This document shows, in pieces, positions 58,878-64,000 of a stretch of DNA of 64,000 nucleotides. The notes under the pieces were generated by a model. It made no database searches, had not been told where the DNA came from, and was given only the letters and a program-made list of their open reading frames with translations. The stretch covers positions 38,295 to 102,294 of the forward strand of contig CAYZUG010000003.1 in the NCBI GenBank assembly GCA_964481865.1. The letters run 5' to 3'. The position numbers and the translations under genes are program-made. This DNA comes from an uncultured Thermomonas sp. (lineage in GTDB: Bacteria; Pseudomonadota; Gammaproteobacteria; Xanthomonadales; Xanthomonadaceae). Every line of letters begins with the position of its first letter. The stretch's first letter is position 1.

Positions 58878-59576
58878 TTACTCCTGCACCTCAGGCTGTG
58901 CTTCGGCGGATGCTTCGGCCATTGCAGCTTCCGTGGTGATGCTCAGCTGCACATCATCACTGATATTCGGCGCATATGCCGCCACATCGAAATCACTGCG
59001 CTTGATGCTGCCGGTAGCCGAGAACCCAATGGCTTGCTTCTTCAGCATGGGATGCATGCCAGCACCATTCAACACCACATCCAGTGTCACCGGCTTGGTG
59101 ATGCCCTTGATGGTCAAATCCCCTGTCACGGTGAGCTTGTTAGTGCCTGCTGCCTCCACATGTGTGCTTTTGAAGGTTGCCGTCGGAAACTGCCCCGCAT
59201 CGAAGAAGTCTGCATTCTTCAGATGCTCATCCAACGCAGGAACAAAGCTGGTCAAATCGGTCATCGACAAACTCACATTGACGCTGGAGTTGCCGACATC
59301 GGCAGCGTCATAAACCAGTGTGCCTTCGGTGAGGCCAAAATGCGCGGTGGGCTTGGAGAAGCCGAAGTGCGTCCACGAAGCCAGCACATTGGTGTGCCCT
59401 GGGTCCATGGCATACGTCCCCGATTCTGCCTGAATCGCAGGGGCTTCCTGTTCCACAGCCACCGCATCTGCGGCACTGGTTTGACTGGTTGTGGCGGTGG
59501 ATTCAACCGCATTGCCGCAGGCAGCCAAAGTAGCAGCGATGGCAAGTGGCAAAAACAGGGTACGCATTGTCTTCAT
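58878..59576 (-). CDS. YceI family periplasmic lipoprotein
   Basis: It has a signal peptide and lipobox (LAIAATLAAC) and the YceI-like sequence (DPGHTNVLASWTHFGFSKP...LTIKGITKPVTL). Confidence 0.85.
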   Translation of the reverse strand: MKTMRTLFLPLAIAATLAACGNAVESTATTSQTSAADAVAVEQEAPAIQAESGTYAMDPGHTNVLASWTHFGFSKPTAHFGLTEGTLVYDAADVGNSSVNVSLSMTDLTSFVPALDEHLKNADFFDAGQFPTATFKSTHVEAAGTNKLTVTGDLTIKGITKPVTLDVVLNGAGMHPMLKKQAIGFSATGSIKRSDFDVAAYAPNISDDVQLSITTEAAMAEASAEAQPEVQE

Positions 59577-59653
59577 TGGAATGTCCTAAAGTGATGAAAA
59601 GAAAGAAAAGAAGAGAGAAAAGCAGATCGTAACAAGCACGTCTTCAACGCGTG

Positions 59654-60244
59654 TTATTCAATGCGGCAGGCTTCAGCAAAACTCAGGCGCGGAGAGCGCG
59701 GGAAAATGCTGGCGGGGTCGCCATGCCCCAGATTGACCACAATATGCGAACGAATGGAGGTACCGGCAAAAAACGCCGCATCCACCATGACATTATCAAA
59801 GCCTGTCATGGGGCCACAATCCAGACCCAGCGCACGTGCAGCCATGATCAAATACGCTGTTTGCAGTGAACTGTTGCGCATGGCTACCCAGGCCAAATCG
59901 CTTTCCGGGCGATGTTCGAACCAGCTCTTGGTATCGGTATGCGGCATCAACACCGGAAGTTTGTCGAAGAACCGCATGTCATAGCCCACAATCGCCACTG
60001 CAGGTGCGTTCTCTGTTTTTTTCTGATTTCCCGGTGCAAGCGCAGGTATCAGACGTGCCTTCGCTTCTGCTGACTTCACAAAGACGATGCGGGCTGGCGT
60101 ATTGTTGGCTTCTGTCGGGCCGAACTTCAGCAAGTCATACAATTGGTGCAGCGTTTCATCTGAAACTTCACCATGAAATGCGTTGTAAGTGCGTGCGGTA
60201 CGGAACAGTTGATCAAGTGCGGTTTCAGATAATGGCTGGTGCAT
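59654..60244 (-). CDS. RutE-family nitroreductase (malonic semialdehyde reductase-like)
   Basis: From memory, it is collinear with E. coli RutE ([16 protein letters not shown]...[28 protein letters not shown]). No other rut genes are nearby. Confidence 0.78.
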   Translation of the reverse strand: MHQPLSETALDQLFRTARTYNAFHGEVSDETLHQLYDLLKFGPTEANNTPARIVFVKSAEAKARLIPALAPGNQKKTENAPAVAIVGYDMRFFDKLPVLMPHTDTKSWFEHRPESDLAWVAMRNSSLQTAYLIMAARALGLDCGPMTGFDNVMVDAAFFAGTSIRSHIVVNLGHGDPASIFPRSPRLSFAEACRIE

Positions 60245-60341
60245 CGTTGTCTCTGGTTGAGTCTTGGTGTGGGTAGTTTACTGTTCCGAATAAGACAATG
60301 ATGAATCATTTTTAGAACAAATTAGCGACTTATTCGAAACA

Positions 60342-61310
60342 ATGTCTTTCCACCCAAAGCTCCCGCTTATTCACGCCATCCACGATGGACGGGCAGGCAA
60401 TGCCCGCCAAGCCCTGGCCTTGGCGCAGGCTCTGCATCCAGCTGCATGCGTCACGGAACTGCAGCCCAAAGCTCCCTGGCGTTGGCTGGCACCGCGCCGA
60501 AGCCTTGGCGACACATCCGCGTTTGGGGCTGGGTTTTCGTCGCTCTTGCAACAGCCACCCACATTGGCCATTGGCTGCGGGCGGCAAGCGGCATTGGCCA
60601 CACGTTTACTTCGCAAGCGCGGAAGTCATTGCATCCAGATTCTTGATCCACGCATTCCCACACGCCATTGGGATCTTGTCATCGCCCCCGAGCATGATGG
60701 CCTGCATGGTGACAATGTCATCTCCATTCTCGGCAGCCTGACGCCGGTGAATGACATTTGGCTTGCACACGCACAAGCAACACACGCGGCATTGGCTGCC
60801 TTCCCCACGCCGCATACTGTTCTTCTGGTTGGTGGCCCCACACGCCACGCCCCCTTGCAGACCGAGGCATTTTGCTCGCTTGTTCAACGTCTGGCGCAGC
60901 ATAGCCAGGCGCAAGGCGGAAGTTTCAGTGTCGTGGCATCGCGGCGCACACCAGAACCCTGGCTGCGCGCTTTTGATGCTGTCCCCAGTACGCTCCCCGG
61001 AATTCGCTGGAAGAGCAGCGCCGATGGCAGCAACCCCTACGCCGGTTTACTGGCGTATGCCACCACCCTTGTTTGCACACCCGACTCGGTCAACATGCTC
61101 AGTGAAGCCGCAGGTACCCAAGCATCGGTGTATCTCTGGGCCGCAGAGCAAACGCAGGGGCGTCTCAAGCGCTTTATCCAACGGCTGATAGAAGGTGGGC
61201 ATGCACGCGCACTGATTAACGAAATGCCAAGCTTTCAATGCATCCCGCTGCGCGAAACAAACCGAATCATTCCGCTGGTGAGGCAACGTCTTTCACTCCC
61301 CTTCGAATAA
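60342..61310 (+). CDS. ELM1/DUF1022 (mitochondrial fission ELM1-like, GT-B-like) family protein
   Basis: The N-terminus ([19 protein letters not shown]) and overall size resemble bacterial ELM1-family proteins. It overlaps the convergent glnE by 18 nt. Confidence 0.6.
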   Translation: MSFHPKLPLIHAIHDGRAGNARQALALAQALHPAACVTELQPKAPWRWLAPRRSLGDTSAFGAGFSSLLQQPPTLAIGCGRQAALATRLLRKRGSHCIQILDPRIPTRHWDLVIAPEHDGLHGDNVISILGSLTPVNDIWLAHAQATHAALAAFPTPHTVLLVGGPTRHAPLQTEAFCSLVQRLAQHSQAQGGSFSVVASRRTPEPWLRAFDAVPSTLPGIRWKSSADGSNPYAGLLAYATTLVCTPDSVNMLSEAAGTQASVYLWAAEQTQGRLKRFIQRLIEGGHARALINEMPSFQCIPLRETNRIIPLVRQRLSLPFE

Positions 61311-64000
61311 CGCCAGTGAGTGCGCAGCCTGTTGAATCACCCTGCATGCCTGTTCAATCGCTGCATCGCGCATCACCCGGCGCGGGCGACGATCCAACGT
61401 ACAACGCAGCCCAGCATCCAATAAAACGGCGTGCGCTTCATGCAATGCCTGACACTGCGCCTCCGGCAAACTCCGCACAGCGCGGGCAGCCTGCAACAGG
61501 CTGGCGCTTGAGCGTGATGCAAGCAATGCGGGCTGCTGTTGCGCATCACGCAGCACAATAAATTGCAGCAAAAACTCCAGATCCACCAAACCGCCCTGTC
61601 CCTGTTTGATGTCCAGCATGGCGGCATCACTGCGATCCAATTCGGTACGCATTTTTTGCCGCATGCCCGCAACATCCTCACGCAACCGCGCAGCTTCGCG
61701 TGGCGCGCTCAGCACTTGCCTGCGCAATGTTTCAAAGGCAGCCAGCAAGCATGCGTCACCTGCAATCCCACGTGCCCGAACAAGTGCCTGATGCTCCCAT
61801 GTCCATGCGCGCTTCTGCTGGTATTCGGTAAAGCTTGCAAGACTGGAGACCAAAAGCCCCTTGGCACCATCAGGGCGCAATCGCACATCTACATCAAAAA
61901 GCCGACCCGCCGCTGTTCTGACGGCCAGAAGTGAAACGATTTTCTGCCCAAGTCGCGCATACCAGCGTGTGGCATCCAATGGGCGCGCACCATTAGAAAG
62001 TGCGTCTTCCGGCGCATCGAACAAGAAGACCAAATCAAGGTCCGAACCAAAGCCCAGCTCCTCCCCACCCAAAGTGCCGTACCCCAGCACGGCAAAACAA
62101 CCGCCAGCAATCTCGCCATGCGCCGAACGCACCTCCTCCGTTGCCAGCGTCAGCACCCCGTCAATCACGGCATCCGCCAACCATGCTAGATGTTGCGCAC
62201 ATTCTTTTGCGTCAATACGCCCATCCAGAAATGCCAAGGCAAAACGAAAACTCAACGCCTGCCGCACTTCATTCAATGCACCCAACGCCTGCTCGATATC
62301 AGATTGACGCACCGCTTCCCTGCATTGCAGGCGCATGCTGTCCATGCTGGGCAACCCACCACTGATGCGCACATCAAGCAGTTCATCCAACAGCAATGGA
62401 TAGGCGACCAGGCGTTCGCCCAGCAACGCACTTTTGCCCAAGGTATCGGCCAGCCGTACCAATGCGGCTGGCTGTTCATCCAGTAATGCCAGATAGCTTG
62501 CCCGCCGCAAAATCGTGCCAAGCAAGGGCAAGACCCGACGCAACACTGTATCTGGCTGTACCGTTGCACTGGCATGTTGCAGAAGTGCGGGAAGAATCCG
62601 GTCAAGACGTGCGCGTGCCGTGTCGGACAGATCACGCACCCCAGGCGAACGGGAAAAATCACGCAACTGTGTATGCAAGCCTTCCGCCTGCACAAACCCG
62701 GAAGCCAAAAGCACATTGGCATCGGCATGGTCGGGAAGTGCCCGCCAATAGCCCTGTAACGCATCGGCAGGCACGCATTCGTGCTGTTGCGGTGCCAGAA
62801 GCGCGGCAAACTCCTGCGACACCCACTGCCGCTGTGTTTGCAAATCAGTCACCAATTGCGCCCAGTGCGCATACCCAAGACCAAGTGCGATACGCTGCTG
62901 TTGTATCGCATCACTCGGCAAGGCATAGGTTTGCGCATCGCCCATCATTTGCAGCCGGTTTTCCAACCGCCGCAAAAAGCGGTAGGCCTTGATCAGCGCC
63001 TCGCCTACTTCGGTGCTGATATAGCCCGCCCGCATGATGGCCTGCAATGCCGTCAGCAGATGCCGACGGCGCAACGCAGGTTCACGCCCCCCTCGAATCA
63101 TCTGCAATGCCTGTGCAAGGAATTCGATTTCACGAATGCCACCAGGCCCACGCTTGATGTCATCCGCCAGTTCTTTGCGCGTCACTTCGGCGGCAATCAT
63201 GGCTTTCATTGCCCGCAAACCATCCAGCGCCCCGTAGTCCAGATAACGGCGATAAACAAAAGGCCGCAGCATCGCAAGAAAACGCTCACCTGCAGCAAAA
63301 TCACCCGCTACCGGACGTGCCTTTTGCCATGCGTAGCGCTCCCAGTCCCGCCCTTCACGCTGGAAGTACAACTCCATCGCAGCAAATGACATCGCCACCC
63401 GGCCGGCACTGCCAAACGGGCGCAGGCGTAAATCGACGCGATGACAAAACCCGTCGGCGGTCACTTCATCCAAAAGCTTGGCAAGCTGCTGCCCAAGACG
63501 GGCAAAATAATCTTGCGCGTGCAAAATGCGCCCACCATCGGACTCACCGTCTTGTTCGTAGGCATACACCAGATCGACATCCGAGCTGAAGTTCAGCTCA
63601 CGCCCACCCAATTTTCCTAGCGCAAACACCACCAGTGTCTGTACTTGACCTTCGGCAGTTCTCACCACCCCGAAACGCTGTTCAAACTCCGTTTGCAAAG
63701 CGGTCAATGCAAGCTGAATACAGGTTTCGGCCAGTGCTGTGCTGCCAGTCAAGATCTCCTCAACATCAGCGCCATCCAATACATCACGCCATACCAAGCG
63801 CATGGACGCTGCCTGACGATAACGGCGCAACAAGGTTGCCCACTCCGCACGGTTTTCTGGTGTCAGTTCCGGGGCGGTGATTGGCTGCTGGGCATCGGCG
63901 AGCAATTGCGTCAACAAAGTGGGTTGCGCCTGCAATACGTCGATTGCGAAATCACTGGCCACCGCCAACCGCATCACGGCGGCTTCATGTTCTATCGGTA
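61293..64000 (-). CDS. glnE: Bifunctional glutamine synthetase adenylyltransferase/adenylyl-removing enzyme (5' end beyond the window)
   Basis: It has two nucleotidyltransferase repeats ([16 protein letters not shown] and [16 protein letters not shown]). The reading frame stays open from 63977 to the window edge, and alignment with E. coli GlnE suggests about 40 N-terminal residues are missing. Confidence 0.9.
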   Translation of the reverse strand, partial: PIEHEAAVMRLAVASDFAIDVLQAQPTLLTQLLADAQQPITAPELTPENRAEWATLLRRYRQAASMRLVWRDVLDGADVEEILTGSTALAETCIQLALTALQTEFEQRFGVVRTAEGQVQTLVVFALGKLGGRELNFSSDVDLVYAYEQDGESDGGRILHAQDYFARLGQQLAKLLDEVTADGFCHRVDLRLRPFGSAGRVAMSFAAMELYFQREGRDWERYAWQKARPVAGDFAAGERFLAMLRPFVYRRYLDYGALDGLRAMKAMIAAEVTRKELADDIKRGPGGIREIEFLAQALQMIRGGREPALRRRHLLTALQAIMRAGYISTEVGEALIKAYRFLRRLENRLQMMGDAQTYALPSDAIQQQRIALGLGYAHWAQLVTDLQTQRQWVSQEFAALLAPQQHECVPADALQGYWRALPDHADANVLLASGFVQAEGLHTQLRDFSRSPGVRDLSDTARARLDRILPALLQHASATVQPDTVLRRVLPLLGTILRRASYLALLDEQPAALVRLADTLGKSALLGERLVAYPLLLDELLDVRISGGLPSMDSMRLQCREAVRQSDIEQALGALNEVRQALSFRFALAFLDGRIDAKECAQHLAWLADAVIDGVLTLATEEVRSAHGEIAGGCFAVLGYGTLGGEELGFGSDLDLVFLFDAPEDALSNGARPLDATRWYARLGQKIVSLLAVRTAAGRLFDVDVRLRPDGAKGLLVSSLASFTEYQQKRAWTWEHQALVRARGIAGDACLLAAFETLRRQVLSAPREAARLREDVAGMRQKMRTELDRSDAAMLDIKQGQGGLVDLEFLLQFIVLRDAQQQPALLASRSSASLLQAARAVRSLPEAQCQALHEAHAVLLDAGLRCTLDRRPRRVMRDAAIEQACRVIQQAAHSLALFEGE

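Noticed and set aside
61293-61310. The convergent ELM1-family and glnE genes overlap by 18 nt.
   Set aside because: Short convergent 3' overlaps are common in compact genomes. I saw no hairpin or other signal suggesting special regulation.
1-64000. I scanned the window for mobile elements, CRISPR arrays, tRNA or rRNA genes, toxin-antitoxin pairs and recognisable defence genes.
   Set aside because: I found no transposase, integrase or recombinase motifs, no regularly spaced direct repeats and no cloverleaf-like intergenic sequences. The composition looks uniform across the window. I did this by eye only, so small or degenerate elements could have been missed.

Overview
This is a 64-kb chromosomal segment, about 53-55% GC by eye, from a Gammaproteobacterium. 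Gene order resembles Xanthomonadales/Lysobacterales: ilvC-ilvG-ilvM-tdcB-leuA-leuB, pcm-like-tolC-waaA, and recG-ridA-spoT-rpoZ-gmk-yicC / rph-rdgB-hemW. I cannot name the species.

I support about 58 protein genes, one 6S RNA, one leader-peptide attenuator, and several terminators or operator-like palindromes. I found no tRNA, rRNA, CRISPR array, transposase, integrase or phage genes. Most of the window is core metabolism:
- the stringent response and nucleotide block
- Xaa-Pro peptidases
- ackA, pta and fabI
- zapA-ssrS-ygfA
- Ile/Leu/Val biosynthesis and gdhA
- LPS core genes
- glnE

The most system-like region is 1-11 kb. A BigR/SqrR-like two-cysteine ArsR regulator lies divergent from a tightly packed 11-gene minus-strand operon that ends in a terminator at 5-37. 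In transcription order the operon is: type-I-like SQR, DUF2892, RND adaptor, RND pump, heme-c DUF3365 lipoprotein, OsmC, TrxC, AhpD-like protein, DUF442, a second SQR-like flavoprotein, and a nucleoside hydrolase. No persulfide dioxygenase or rhodanese is present. I flag this as a candidate sulfide/persulfide stress-and-export module of unusual composition.

Other points worth a second look:
- an untracked 36-aa Ile/Leu/Val-rich leader peptide plus attenuator upstream of ilvC
- a translationally coupled DUF1631-PilZ pair
- a fabI-(MaoC-PTA fusion)-ackA operon
- an EVE-domain gene coupled to ssrS-ygfA
- a probable leaderless tetR

All family calls come from motif recognition by eye. No database search was run.
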